Positions 1 through 11,900 are shown, numbered from the stretch's first letter. The stretch is DNA of 64,000 nucleotides from an uncultured Candidatus Saccharibacteria bacterium (GCA_965231105.1 OZ246417.1:36094-100093), one strand, 5' to 3'. The notes: a model not told the origin generated them from the sequence alone. Program-made: numbers and translations.

Positions 1-1
1 C

Positions 2-1400
2 ACGCGTAACGTGGGCTTCGGTGCGAACACCTTAGGTGCAAATACGACCGGTTCGTATAATACAGCACTTGGGTTTAGTGCCTTAGCTGCGAATGTAGAC
101 TCTAACTCAAACGTAGCCGTGGGTGATACTACGCTTGATGCACTTACTGGTGGTGACGGTGCTAATACTGCCATCGGCCATGATGCCCTTGGTGCTATTA
201 CGACGGCTCGGTATAACACTGCCGTTGGGGCATCTGCAATGGGCGGTAGCTTCGCAAGTGGGGACTTTAACGTGGCTGTTGGTAGCCAGATCTTCTACAA
301 CAATACTGGTGGCAGTGAGGGTAACGTAGTTCTCGGTTGGCAGGTCATGAACCAGGGCGATGGCGGAGACTATAACACTGGTGCTGGCTATCAAGCCCTC
401 TATAACACTAGCGGTAGTCACAATGTGGCGTTAGGTTACCAGACACTTTTTGATAATACCACTGGTGGTGACAGTATCGCTATTGGTGGATATGCGTTGC
501 AGCAGAATGAAACTGGTGCAAGCAACATCGCTATCGGTGGTAGCGCTATGCAGGGCTCTGAAGGGGGCTTACAGAACATCGCTATCGGTGGGGAAAGCTT
601 ACAAAATAACACCGCTAACTACAATATCGCTATTGGTCACCGGTCGCTCAGAGACAACGCAACCTATGGTAGCAACATTGCGCTAGGCCCATGGGCATTG
701 GAGCAGAACGCGACTGGTGCAAGCAACATCGCTATCGGTGAGAATGCAATGCAGCTATCTGAAGGGGGAAACAATAACATTGCGCTTGGTATTACGGCCC
801 TTCAGCTTAACACTGGTGAGCGCAACGTAGCACTTGGTACCGGAGCACTACAGGCTAACACATCAGGTGGATACAACATCGCTATTGGTTCAGATGCCTT
901 AAACGATAACCTGAGCGGTGGTTCGAATGTTGCTATCGGTGCCCAGGCATTATTCCTTAGCACGACAGCAAGCGGGAATGTTGCGGTTGGTGATGGCGCT
1001 GCTCGAGCGACAGACGCAGGCGATAACAGTGCCTTTGGTTCTGCCGCCCTCTATAACAATACGTCGGGTGCTGCTAACACGGCTATCGGATCATATGCGC
1101 TTAATAATGCCACGACGGGCTGGGATAACGTTGCTCTGGGTGCTAATGCCGGTGCCGGCGGCTCAGGTAGTACGACTGATAAGGGTACCTACATTGGTAC
1201 TAATTCTGGTGCTGCCGTTACCTCTGCCAATAACAACACCTTTGTTGGATTTGGAAGCGGTTCACTGGTTAACACTGGTGATAACAACATATTGTTTGGT
1301 TACCAAGCAGGCAATAACATCACTTCTGGCTCTAGCAATATTATTATCGGCTATGACCTGGACGCCTCAAGCGCGAGCGTCAGTAACGAATTACGTATTG
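2..1400 (+). repeat. In-frame array of degenerate 14-15 aa N-x-A-x-G-x-x-A-L units, with a 201-nt super-repeat
   Basis: Typical units are NTALGFSALAAN, NVAVGDTTLDAL, NTAIGHDALGAI, NIAIGGSAMQGS and NIAIGGESLQNN. The nucleotide block around 505-600 recurs around 705-800 (actggtgcaagcaacatcgctatcggtg ... atgcag ... tctgaaggggg), which indicates internal duplication. Confidence 0.8.
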
Positions 1401-4400
1401 GTAGCGGTTCGACCGTTACACTTCAGGCCGACCTCTCAACAATGGCAGCTACCTTTAACGGGGCACTAACAGTTGTGGGACAGACTATCCTTAACGGTGC
1501 TGTTGCCTTGGGTGATGCGAGCGGCGATAACATCACCTTCAACGGGAGGGTGAACTCCCATATTATCCCAAGTGTCGATGACACCTATGATCTTGGCTCT
1601 AACACAAACAGATGGCGTGATCTGTACCTTGGTCCTGCTTCCTTACATATCGGTGAAAGTGGGGATGAGGGTATCTTGAGCTTTAACACTACTTCCAATG
1701 CATTCCAGTTTGATCATAGCTTAGCGATAGCTGCAGATAGCTATATCAACTTTGGTACAACGCTCGGTGTATCCGGCTATGGTATCCGTGACAATGGCGG
1801 TATCATCCAGGTTAAAGACTTCGGTGGCAACTGGGTTAACCTCGTAGACGGCCTTGGTGGAGGCGGAGGCGTCGGTGGAGGGGTCGATAGCAATGGGACT
1901 ATACCAAACCTTGAATCGTATACGACTTATGGAAATATGAGTACACAGGAAGTAGTGCTGCAGATTCCGGCCGGTACTGAGGATGGCGATTTACTAGTAG
2001 CGATGATTAGTAGTAGTCAAGACTATAATATGGCGTGTCCAGATGAATACATAACTGGCTGGCAGATAACTCGTGACTTTACATATGACTTTAGTCGCAT
2101 GTGTATTTATACGCATATTGCTAGTAGCGACACTCCAGGTAGCACTCGGACTTGGGATATTGCATGGAGCGACAATCGCACTATGAATGGCATAATGCTG
2201 CGAATATCCGGTGCCTCACAGGTTGCACCAATCCATGCCATTACTGATGCAGGCGAGTGGATACTAAGTGGCGGTGGTGGTGAGCTATACGTACCGGAGC
2301 TTACGACATTCACCTCAAACACCTTGGGCATCTCATTTATTTCAGCCATCGGTGGTTTTACGAGTTGGGTAGGCGATGCACCTAACTGGGCTGCAATTAC
2401 GGACGTAGCAGATACAGACTTCATACTGACGCGGGATCTGGCATCTGCCACTACATACCCTGACGAAGATACTGGTGGTGAAAACTGGAGTGGTGGTGCC
2501 ACAGGTGCTATAGCTATGACGCTTGCTATAGCACCCGCTTCTGCAAATGGCTTCTACGCCGGCCAAGCTACCTTCCAGGATGACTTTGACGATAACTCCG
2601 TCAACGCAACGAAATGGGATACTATTACCGCTACCGGTGGTACGGTCACTGAAACAAGTCAACGATTGAACCTTAATCTTACCAGTTCGACGGGTAGTAC
2701 TGCCGAACTGGAGTCAGACAATGGCTATGATGTCCGGGACCGCTGGGCTGGTGCTGAACTGGTAACTGCCGGTAACCAGAGTTACGAAACATACGGAATC
2801 TTGGCGTTGACAGATGAAAATGATGGGAGCAATTACTTGGGCTGGATCCTTGTACAGGACGATCTGCAGGCCTTCTATGATGATGGAGGCGGTATAGAAA
2901 CGATATTCACTACTTCATATAACTCAAGCGTGCATAAGTTCTTCCGTATCCGCGAATATAACGGCTTGACCTATTGGGAAACATCCACCGATGGTGACTT
3001 ATGGACTACGCATCATGCTCGCTCTAATGTCATTGATATGAGTGACCTCATTATGAGTTTGGAATCGGTTGTATGGGGCTCGGCCGGTGGCTCAAGTACC
3101 TACGTTTGGGATAACGCTTACATCGGTACTTCAGACCAAACAATAACGTTTAATCCCGATGGTAACATCATATTAGATGGCGGTAATAGCCAAGGGTCTA
3201 ATCTCACTGTTGGTACGCTTGATAACTTTAATTTCAGCCTCTTAACCGGTGGCCATCAGGCAGCTACCTTTAATTATGCTGATGGTTCAGCGCTTTTCCA
3301 TAATGCTTCAGATTCAACAACTGCCTTCCAGGTACAGAACGCGGCTGGCACCAGCATGTTTACGGTAGATACCGCCAATGCTCGGGTCTATATCGGTAAC
3401 CCAAGCGCTGATGCAGTAGGCACACTGCTTGTTATTGATACCAAGAACACTTCGGGTGACCCAACTGGTGTAGCTGGTGGTATGTACTACAACAGCAACA
3501 TGGGTAAATTCCGTTGCTACGAAAACGGCATCTGGAAAGATTGTATCGGCGGAGATGCGTACAAGATTTCTCCTGCTGATAAAGTACCTACCAGCTCGAA
3601 TGCAAAGGATGATGAATTTGATGACGCTAGCTTCGACACTGGTAAGTGGACATGGCGCAATCAGGGCACCTCAACAGTAGCTGAGAATAACCAGGGTAAG
3701 GTAAGTATTGACCCACAAACTACCTCTGGTGACGATGTCCGTATTATCGAGCAAACTGCTCCAGGAACTCCGTATGCCGTAACGACTAAGGTAGGTCTTT
3801 CTGGTATGACCAGCAGTGCCGGCATTGAAGGTGGCTTAGCCTTTATAGATAGTGCCTCTGGCGAGGCAATAACCTTTGGTTTAAACTACAACGCCACAAG
3901 CAACGACACTCGAATTATTATTAATCGAATGTCAGATGTTTCTAACTGGAGTGCTACCCAATACGAACAGGCTGGTGCGAATATCAACGCGAGCTATCTC
4001 AGGATGGAAGATGACGGTACTAACCTGAAGTTCTATATTTCTGCCGATGGCATTGTATGGGGGCAGATTTACTCAGAAGGGCGCACCGCTCATCTTAATA
4101 ACGGTCCGAACCGCATCGCCTTATTTGCGCTTGGTGATACTGGCACGGACGGCAAGCTGGTTGCCGACTGGTTCCGCGTCAACTGGACACCAGACTATGT
4201 AGTTGGTGGTGGCAGCAGTTCAAGCTCAGTAATAAGCGGTATTGGTACCCTTGATTCTCAGAGTAAGAATAGCAACGGTGCCACTATTAGTAGTAACACC
4301 CTAGTTCTTCAGAGTGCTGATGCCTTGAACCCCGGTGTAGTAACGACCGGTACTCAGACATTTGCCGGTGCTAAGACCTTCACCGGTACGGTAGCGGTAA

Positions 4401-4951
4401 CAGGTACTCTAACGGTGAGCAGTAATATCCTACCGGGTTCTGCTGGTAGCCTTGACCTTGGATCAACATCCGCAGAATTTAATGATCTCTACGTCGGGGA
4501 TAATAACGGACTCCGTCTTGGCCTTGATCAGGATGTGTTGTTTGCGTATGACGAAGCGACCGACGACAGGACAGAGCTTACCGGTACTGGTGCAAGTCTC
4601 TTTATCGAGGATCGTCTAGGATTAGGCGTACAACTGCTTACTCTTACCGACGATGGTACGGCCAACGATACTCTGACCCCAACCGCTACCTACGTTCGGG
4701 TAGATGCCGATGAAACTGGTAACGGTGGTGTACCGGTGCTTACTATTTCTGAAAGTGGTGCTAAGGATGGCGATCTCCTTATTATCATCAATAATGAGCA
4801 GGACGGCTCAAACAACAACTTTACGATCAATAACTCATCAGGTGTTGTACATCTACCTGGTGGAACCAACCTTACTCTTAGTCCAAATGACAGCCTCACC
4901 CTAATTTACATGAACGACCGTTGGGTAACGCTTGCTACCGCTAATAACTAA
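2..4951 (+). CDS. Giant surface fibre/adhesin-like protein; N-terminus lies outside the window (at least 1646 aa visible)
   Basis: The frame is open from the first bases with no stop before position 11, so the gene is 5' partial. Modules in order: about 30 degenerate 14-15 aa units N-x-A-[IVL]-G-x-x-A-[LM] (YadA-head/Hep_Hag-like pattern); the fibre motif ITFNGRVNSHIIPSVDDTYDLGSNTNRWRDLYLG (1532-1633); a Gly linker; an unassigned domain; two ConA/LamG-like jelly rolls; one double-Cys motif; and a distinct C-terminal domain ending DRWVTLATANN. Confidence 0.85.
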   Translation, partial: TRNVGFGANTLGANTTGSYNTALGFSALAANVDSNSNVAVGDTTLDALTGGDGANTAIGHDALGAITTARYNTAVGASAMGGSFASGDFNVAVGSQIFYNNTGGSEGNVVLGWQVMNQGDGGDYNTGAGYQALYNTSGSHNVALGYQTLFDNTTGGDSIAIGGYALQQNETGASNIAIGGSAMQGSEGGLQNIAIGGESLQNNTANYNIAIGHRSLRDNATYGSNIALGPWALEQNATGASNIAIGENAMQLSEGGNNNIALGITALQLNTGERNVALGTGALQANTSGGYNIAIGSDALNDNLSGGSNVAIGAQALFLSTTASGNVAVGDGAARATDAGDNSAFGSAALYNNTSGAANTAIGSYALNNATTGWDNVALGANAGAGGSGSTTDKGTYIGTNSGAAVTSANNNTFVGFGSGSLVNTGDNNILFGYQAGNNITSGSSNIIIGYDLDASSASVSNELRIGSGSTVTLQADLSTMAATFNGALTVVGQTILNGAVALGDASGDNITFNGRVNSHIIPSVDDTYDLGSNTNRWRDLYLGPASLHIGESGDEGILSFNTTSNAFQFDHSLAIAADSYINFGTTLGVSGYGIRDNGGIIQVKDFGGNWVNLVDGLGGGGGVGGGVDSNGTIPNLESYTTYGNMSTQEVVLQIPAGTEDGDLLVAMISSSQDYNMACPDEYITGWQITRDFTYDFSRMCIYTHIASSDTPGSTRTWDIAWSDNRTMNGIMLRISGASQVAPIHAITDAGEWILSGGGGELYVPELTTFTSNTLGISFISAIGGFTSWVGDAPNWAAITDVADTDFILTRDLASATTYPDEDTGGENWSGGATGAIAMTLAIAPASANGFYAGQATFQDDFDDNSVNATKWDTITATGGTVTETSQRLNLNLTSSTGSTAELESDNGYDVRDRWAGAELVTAGNQSYETYGILALTDENDGSNYLGWILVQDDLQAFYDDGGGIETIFTTSYNSSVHKFFRIREYNGLTYWETSTDGDLWTTHHARSNVIDMSDLIMSLESVVWGSAGGSSTYVWDNAYIGTSDQTITFNPDGNIILDGGNSQGSNLTVGTLDNFNFSLLTGGHQAATFNYADGSALFHNASDSTTAFQVQNAAGTSMFTVDTANARVYIGNPSADAVGTLLVIDTKNTSGDPTGVAGGMYYNSNMGKFRCYENGIWKDCIGGDAYKISPADKVPTSSNAKDDEFDDASFDTGKWTWRNQGTSTVAENNQGKVSIDPQTTSGDDVRIIEQTAPGTPYAVTTKVGLSGMTSSAGIEGGLAFIDSASGEAITFGLNYNATSNDTRIIINRMSDVSNWSATQYEQAGANINASYLRMEDDGTNLKFYISADGIVWGQIYSEGRTAHLNNGPNRIALFALGDTGTDGKLVADWFRVNWTPDYVVGGGSSSSSVISGIGTLDSQSKNSNGATISSNTLVLQSADALNPGVVTTGTQTFAGAKTFTGTVAVTGTLTVSSNILPGSAGSLDLGSTSAEFNDLYVGDNNGLRLGLDQDVLFAYDEATDDRTELTGTGASLFIEDRLGLGVQLLTLTDDGTANDTLTPTATYVRVDADETGNGGVPVLTISESGAKDGDLLIIINNEQDGSNNNFTINNSSGVVHLPGGTNLTLSPNDSLTLIYMNDRWVTLATANN
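1545..4390 (+). repeat. Paralogous cassette, copy A (about 2.8 kb), shared with the downstream giant gene
   Basis: Collinear with 13485-16310. Shared elements are DLYLGPASLHIG, SGYGIRDNGGIIQVKDFGGNW and a GGGGGVGGG linker. An unassigned domain follows (1895-2548, PNLESYTT..TEDGDLLVAMISS..MLRISGAS). Next come ConA-like domain 1 (2551-3130, FYAGQATFQDDFDDNSVNATKWD .. FFRIREYNGLTYWETSTDGDLW), the double-Cys motif (3425-3544) and ConA-like domain 2 (3604-4190, DDEFDDASFDTGKWTWRNQ .. WFRVNW). The cassette ends with SADALNPGVVTTGTQTFAGAKTF. Confidence 0.85.
3425..3544 (+). repeat. Double-Cys junction motif (the copy in the upstream giant gene)
   Basis: LLVIDTKNTSGDPTGVAGGMYYNSNMGKFRCYENGIWKDC. Coordinates were checked codon by codon; the second Cys codon tgt is at 3542-3544. 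Confidence 0.9.
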
Positions 4952-4956
4952 GACGG

Positions 4957-4962
4957 TATAAT
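4957..4962 (+). promoter_or_regulatory. Candidate -10 element (TATAAT) 6 nt before ATG 4969; leaderless configuration
   Basis: The sequence ggTATAATgacggcATG has exactly 6 nt between the hexamer and the start codon, and no SD. A possible -35 TTGCTA lies at 4932-4937, with a long 19-nt spacer. Confidence 0.45.
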
Positions 4963-4968
4963 GACGGC

Positions 4969-5559
4969 ATGAACAAGAGAGCAGGGGTTATAGTGGCGAG
5001 TGTAATAGCCGTAAGCGCTTTGAGCATTTATGGGGCTCTCTTTGCGTTCAAAGACGAAAAGCCAGTATCTCAATCGTCTTCTACTATAAAAACCGCTGAG
5101 GACGCCGCTACGGGCCTTAAACTAAACTATCCTGACATCTTCCAAGCACAAGCATTAAGTGAAGCGGATCGGCAAGACAAATTTATCCTGCGTTTAACCA
5201 GCGAACAGCCGGCTATGTTAGTGTCGGTTCGCTACGAAATGGGTATGCGAGCTGCGGCAGCATTGTCTCGCCAAGAACCGCTCGCAATGATTACTGCAAA
5301 CGCAATCCGAGCCTTTCCGCAGCGGTACACGGACTATGCCCTTGTAAGTGAACGCAGCCTAGAAGTAGCGGATAAGGACGCTCACGAATTTATCTTTCGC
5401 TATACCGGTCCGAGCGGAGAAGGGGCACAACAGCGTCTTCTGATCGTCATGAAAGATGACGATACTGCCGTGTACATCTCTGCCCAAGCTCAAGAGAGCA
5501 AGTTCAATGAGCTAAACACGGCATATTTTGCCGACATCTTCTCTAGCCCTAAGTTCTAA
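4969..5559 (+). CDS. Hypothetical membrane-anchored protein (196 aa) between the two giant genes
   Basis: It has an N-terminal TM or signal anchor (GVIVASVIAVSALSIYGALFAF) followed by a roughly 160-aa soluble domain. I recognise no motif. It appears to have its own putative leaderless promoter. Confidence 0.7.
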   Translation: MNKRAGVIVASVIAVSALSIYGALFAFKDEKPVSQSSSTIKTAEDAATGLKLNYPDIFQAQALSEADRQDKFILRLTSEQPAMLVSVRYEMGMRAAAALSRQEPLAMITANAIRAFPQRYTDYALVSERSLEVADKDAHEFIFRYTGPSGEGAQQRLLIVMKDDDTAVYISAQAQESKFNELNTAYFADIFSSPKF

Positions 5560-5912
5560 AGCAAACAGAGGTAATAGAACGCCCCTGTGGAAAACTTCAT
5601 GCACTCTTTAATTATCGTTGAGTTATTTACTACTATAATTGAAGACTCTTAAAAACTCTTTTGACTAGTTTGAAAAGGACCGGTGCTGGTAAGAGATAAG
5701 TACCTAATTTGTATCTGAGGAATGTCAGATGGATACAGCCTGTTTATCAATTAATGATGTGCTAAAAACTACAAAATTAAAGTGTTTTTAACAAAAATTT
5801 ACTGTGGAAAATTGCATACAAAGTATGTTCGATTTTGGTTGTTCTACCCCATATTGCGCGTGGATAATAGTAGGAGCCTAAGTTAAAACAAACAGGCAAA
5901 ACCAATACCAAC

Positions 5913-8900
5913 ATGGTCAAATCAGCAAAACACCACCTCTATAAATTCTTTGGCATACTCTGTGCCATTTTGCTATTGTTGACCGCTGTTGCAACAAAAA
6001 TTGCACCTCAAACAGCTAGCGCTGCACCGAACTCAGTTCTAAACTTCCAGGGAAGACTCCTCGATGACAACGGTAACTTAGTACCTGATGGGTTCTACAA
6101 CATCGAGTTCAAGATCTATGACGTATCTACAAGCGGTTCTGCACTTTGGACCGAAACCTACTACGACAGCAACGGTGCTACTGCGGGCAATGACAACCGT
6201 CTTCGTGTAGTGAATGGTTACTTTAGCGTAAGCCTTGGTTCGATCACCGCCTTCAGCAACATCAACTGGGACCAGCAGCTATGGCTGACCATGAACATTG
6301 GCGGTAGCACGCAAACAGCAAGCCCAACCTACGACGGCGAAATGTCTCCACGCATTCGACTTACCGGCGTGCCGCTTGCTTTTGTTGCTAACAATGTAAA
6401 TTCTGGAAGCACGAATGCTGCCAGCACCAACTCGAACAACGTTTCTATTCAGTCCGGTAACGCAGCGGGTACAACAAGTAATTCCGGGAACATCAACATT
6501 GATGCTGGTACTGCGACCGGCACGACTGGCACAATCAACCTTGGTGCTTCAAATGCGAGCGCACTGGTATTGGGCCGCGCTGGGCTGAATGTAAGCGTAC
6601 CGGGCACGCTCAGTGTTGGTGTAGCCTCAAGTTCAACGGGTACGTTGACCTTCCGCAATGCAGGTGGTTCTGGGGGCATAGTGCTCACGACGGCGAGCCC
6701 TGGCACTTCAACATATACCATCACTTTACCGGCAGCGACAGGTACGGTTTGTTTGACGAGCGGTAACTGTGCCGGTGTTGGCGGTACGGGAGACATCTTG
6801 CAGAACGGTAATAGTTTTACCGCTGCTATGACAATTGGTACCAACGACAACTACGACGTTAACATCGAGTCCAACGGCAACACCCGCCTAACAGTGCAAG
6901 CTGACGGCGATGTTGCGTTTGATGCCGATACGTTGTTTGTTGACGCAAACAACAACCGTGTGAGTATCGGCACAACCACTACTACAAATGCTGTGCTGAC
7001 TATTGATGAGAATGCACCGAACACTGTAAATGGATCAATAGTCTATGTGACCGGCCAGTTAACATCAAACACTAATAGTCAAACAGGACTCACAGTTATT
7101 GCAGATGCTAATCCTAGCGCTGCCGGGGATGCCGAAAACTATTCTGGTGCAAACATTGGCGTAGTTAGTACTTCTGATGACTTTTCTACCGACGATCAAC
7201 TGTCGGGACTTGGTGCCTCTGCCTCATACTCAGGCACAGGCACTCTCGATAGAGCCCTCGGCGTTGGAGCTCTTGTAGGGAATATGGATGCCGGAACAAT
7301 TGATTCGGCAACTGCACTCGTAGGTGGAGTGGTAAATGTCACAGGAACTATTAATGTAGCTGCTGGGCTAGGTATAGATGTTGTGAATGTTGCCGGAACC
7401 ATTAATACGGCGGTTGGTATATCTATAGATGAGGTAGTGGAGGGCACCAATAACATTAATCTGTTTATCGGTGATCCCGATTCTTATCCCACCGGTGATT
7501 GGGCTATTTATAACGCAAGTACTGCCGATAACTACTTTGCGGGTAACTTGGCAATTGGTACCAATGTAGCTACCAACAAGCTTACTATAGAGGGTAGTGC
7601 TGGATCGAGCTCATCCATTCGCGGCAGTATTACAAACACCAACGCCGATGGCTATGCCGAATTCCAGGCCGTCAATGATGACGGCTCTTATACTGGATTT
7701 GCTACGTATGGTAGTAACTTTGCTGAAGCAGCACTTCAAAACGCTGGCCAGATTTATACTCGAGAAAAATTTATTTTCAGTGCCAATGTGGATGACGAGA
7801 CCGGTGGACCTGGTGAAATACTTTTTACGACCGGGGGTTGGGACATTGATGCAAATACGCGCCTACTTATCGATTCTGTCGGAAATATTGTCGTGGGCGT
7901 TGCAGACACTACTGGCGCACTGCTTGTTCTAGATACCAAAACTGGCTCGGGTGACCCAAGCGGTACCAACGGTGCAATGTACTACAACTCTAACAGTGGT
8001 AAATTCCGGTGTTATGAGAACAGCGCCTGGAAAGACTGTGATACGACCGGTGCTGGCGGTGTCACTACCGTCGGTACAATTGATACACAAACTCCTAGTG
8101 CTAACGGCGCGGTCATCTCTGGTAGCAGCATTTATCTCCAGAGTGCTAGTGCAACAGAGCCAGGTCTTGTGAATACCACTACTCAAAGCTTTGCCGGAAC
8201 CAAGACTTTCACGGGCGATGTCAACATCGGTGATGCAACTAGCGACACTATCACGTTCACTGGCCGCGTAAACTCTCACATTTTGCCAAGCGTGAATGAT
8301 ACCTACGACCTTGGCTCAGACAGCAACCGCTGGCGTGATCTTTACCTCGGTGGTGAAACTATCCACCTCGGCACCAGCACCAGTGATGAAGCTGCTATCA
8401 GCTACACCACCTCAACCGATTCACTTACTATTAAGAATGCCACTAACTCAACTACAGCCTTTCAGGTCCAGAACAGCAGTAACGGCAATCTCTTTAATAT
8501 TGATTCCACAAATGCCGGTGCAATTACGCTTCTTGGGAACTATAGCGGCGAAATAAGCGGCTGGACAGCAAATACCAATGTCTTTGGCGGGACTATTATG
8601 GCTCGTAAGTCGGCAGCAGCAACCATCGCTAACGGCCACATCTACGTCATGGGAGGTATTGACAGCTCATCAGGATGGCACAATGACATAGTTTACGCCA
8701 AGATAAATGCCGACGGTTCAGTTGGCACCTGGGCGAGTATTACAGGGCCGGATTATATGATTGAGTCGCAGCTCGTTTACGCCAATGGCTACTTATATGC
8801 CATTGGCGGCGGTAACAGCGGCAGCCCAAGCAGTGATGTGTGGTTTGCTAAAGTCAATGCGGACGGTACGCTGGGCACTTGGACTGCAACCACTAGCTTG

Positions 8901-11900
8901 TGGGCAGCTCGTTACGACCATGCAGCTGTTGCGTATGGCGGTTATATATATGTCTTTGCCGGTTTGGCAAGCGGCGGGAGTGCCAGTCAGTCGGTAAGGT
9001 CAGCTAAGATAAATGCCGATGGTACGCTGGCATCTTCGTGGACGTCACTAAACAACTTGCCGTATTCATCGGGCACGGACGGCTGGTCGGCAACAGTTGC
9101 AAACGGATATGTATATCTTGCAGGTGATATGAGCGGCAACCACAAACTCATCAGGGCAAAGCTAAACAGTGATGGTACGGTAGGAAGCTGGAGCAGCAGC
9201 GACAGTGCACCCACAAACGGCATCCACAATGCCGGCCTGGTAGCGATGAACGGCTACCTGTACTTTGTCGGCGGCGGTAATGGCAGCGATGTTCCGCAAT
9301 CTGCCGTAAAGTATGCGGCACTGAATGCTGATGGTTCCATCGGCAGCTGGACGACAAGCAGTAACCCGCTTACGAACGCTCGTTCCAATGCCGTAACCGT
9401 TGCACTAAACGGATACATCTATGTTATCGGCGGTAATCAAAGTGCCTTTGGCGCGCCTCAGGACACCGTTTATTACGCCTCAACTGCCCGCGTAAAAGTT
9501 GGCGGCTCCCTGGATCTTGTAAGCATGAGCGGAGAAAATCTCCACGAGGGCAATACCGGCGGCTCCATCACTGCTGGCAACGGTAACTTTGTTGGTACAC
9601 TTCAAGTCCAGGGTGCAGCAAGCTTTAACCAAGGTGTGAGTGTTAATGGCATACTGAGCGCCACTGTACTTGCGGTCAACGCCCCGTCAGGCTTTACCGG
9701 CAATATAGCCGACTTTAGGGTGGACGGAGCGCAGAAACTTCGTATTGACCAGGACGGTACCATCTTATTTGGTGCATCTGTTGACTGTAATGGTGGCTGT
9801 ATCAGGAACGGTGAGCTGAATTCATTTGGCAACCTACTTATCGAAGCATCCAGCGGTAATATCGACTTTACGGCCTTAGACGTTAAATTCTCTACTGTAA
9901 CAAGCGTACAAATCGGCACCTCAGACACTACCGGTACCTTACTGGTTCTGGACACTAAAACCGGCTCCGGTGATCCAACGGGCACCAATGGCGGCATGTA
10001 CTACAACAGCAACAGCGGCAAATTCCGCTGTTATGAAAATGGCAGCTGGAAGGATTGTATTTCCTCGGCATCAGGTCTCTCAGCCACTCTGACCGATAAC
10101 ATCGCAGACGCATGGGATGTTCAAGAAGGTACCAACAACTACATCAATATCAACACTACCAACAGCTCCGAAGCCATATCTTTCGGTAATGCTACCACTA
10201 ACCCTGACTTTAACTTCTTAGGTTCGGGTAATCTAACTGTAGATGGCGGTACTCTATTTGTCGATGGTGCCAACGATCAGGTAGGTATCGGTGCTACTAG
10301 CCTGGTAAGTAATATGCATCTGCAAGTAGGTGACGGCACTGGTAATGTGAATGTCTTATTACATGCTGGTGCATCAAGTACATCCACACTCTACTTAGAT
10401 GACAGTGGAAGCAATCGGCTGGAATTTGATAATTCTACAGATACAATCATACTGACGGCCAATGGCGGTATTGCAACAATCGATTACACCGGCCTAGCCG
10501 TTAATCGTGATTTCACCGTTCAGGGCAATACCACCCTCGGTAACGCCTCTAGTGACACCATCACATTTACGGGTCGTGTTAACTCTAACTTCCTCCCAAG
10601 TGCTAGCTCAACATACTCCATTGGTTCAACCAGTCAGAGATGGGGAAATGCATACTTCGATAACGTCATTAGCCTTGGTACCAGCTCAAGTGATGAGTCT
10701 ACGTTTACTTATAACAGTGTGGCTGATTCGCTCACTATAAAGAACGCCACCAATTCTATTGCTGCCTTCCAGATTCAGAATGCTTCGAGTGTTAATCTCT
10801 TCAATGTTGACAGCATAAACAGCCGTATTGAAGTAAACGCCGATCTTGAGGTACAAAAGAACATCAGTAGTCCGTACGGCGGTATCGGGAAGATAGGGAA
10901 CTATATAAGGGGTTCGGAAGAGCTGAGTGATACTGGGTTCTGGACACGCACGAACCTGACTTCCGTAACCGATGGCGCCACCGCACCTGATGGAGTTGCA
11001 GATGCCGATACGATTGTGAGTTCAGGCTCTGGTACGCACACGCTAACACAGTCAAACTCGCTCACAAGCAATGCTGATTACACTTTCAGTATCTGGGTCA
11101 AGACTAACAGTGGTACACAGCCAATCCAGCTTCGTATTGATGGTACAAGTTCAACCCCAACGACTGGTACGGCTGCGAGCTATACAGCCACAACCACCTG
11201 GCAGCGCTTCGTGGTAACGCAAGCCTTTACCGGTACACCAGCGACCATTATTCCAACACTTATCATTACCAATAACTCTGCTACGATCGTAGCATGGGGT
11301 GCCCAGTTGGTTATAGACAGTTCTGCCGGTGTTTACACACCAGCCATACAAGGTGATGCACAATTCAGTAACGGAGGCGTGATAAATGGTCGCCTGAACG
11401 TGTATGGCTCTATCTTCTTTGGTGACGGAGATGGTAACGGGACCTCCAGCGTTAATGATAGCGGCTTCAGCGCCATAACCGGTAACGGTTTCTACCTCTG
11501 GTCTCCAAACGGTAATGTCACACTTGAAGGTGGTTCTTCTAACAGTGTTATTTTCAGAAACATGACCACCGACATCACGACACATACGAACGAGACGCTT
11601 ACCATCGCACCGAATGGTACCGGTGATGTTGCCATAAGCATCGATGACGATACAAACCTCCAGTTGTCCGGTACGATCACAAACACTGGTAGCGCACAGG
11701 ATATTACTCTGACTCTTGGCAACGACAGTAATGCGGACACTGTTTCAGCCCTTAATATAGCAGTGACAAGTGCCAACACGGGCGATGCCGACATCTTGCG
11801 CGGTATTAACATTGCTGACCTCTCAAGCCCGCAATCAGTTACCGAATATGCCTTACAGATTGGCAGTGGCTGGGATGCTAACTTATTCTTTAACGACACC

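Noticed and set aside
1857-1885. G-rich tracts (ggtggaggcggaggcgtcggtggagggg; also 13796-13830), considered as G-quadruplex or slippage elements.
   Set aside because: They encode the Gly linker GGGGGVGGG in frame with mixed codons and are conserved in both cassettes. A protein-level linker is the simplest explanation.
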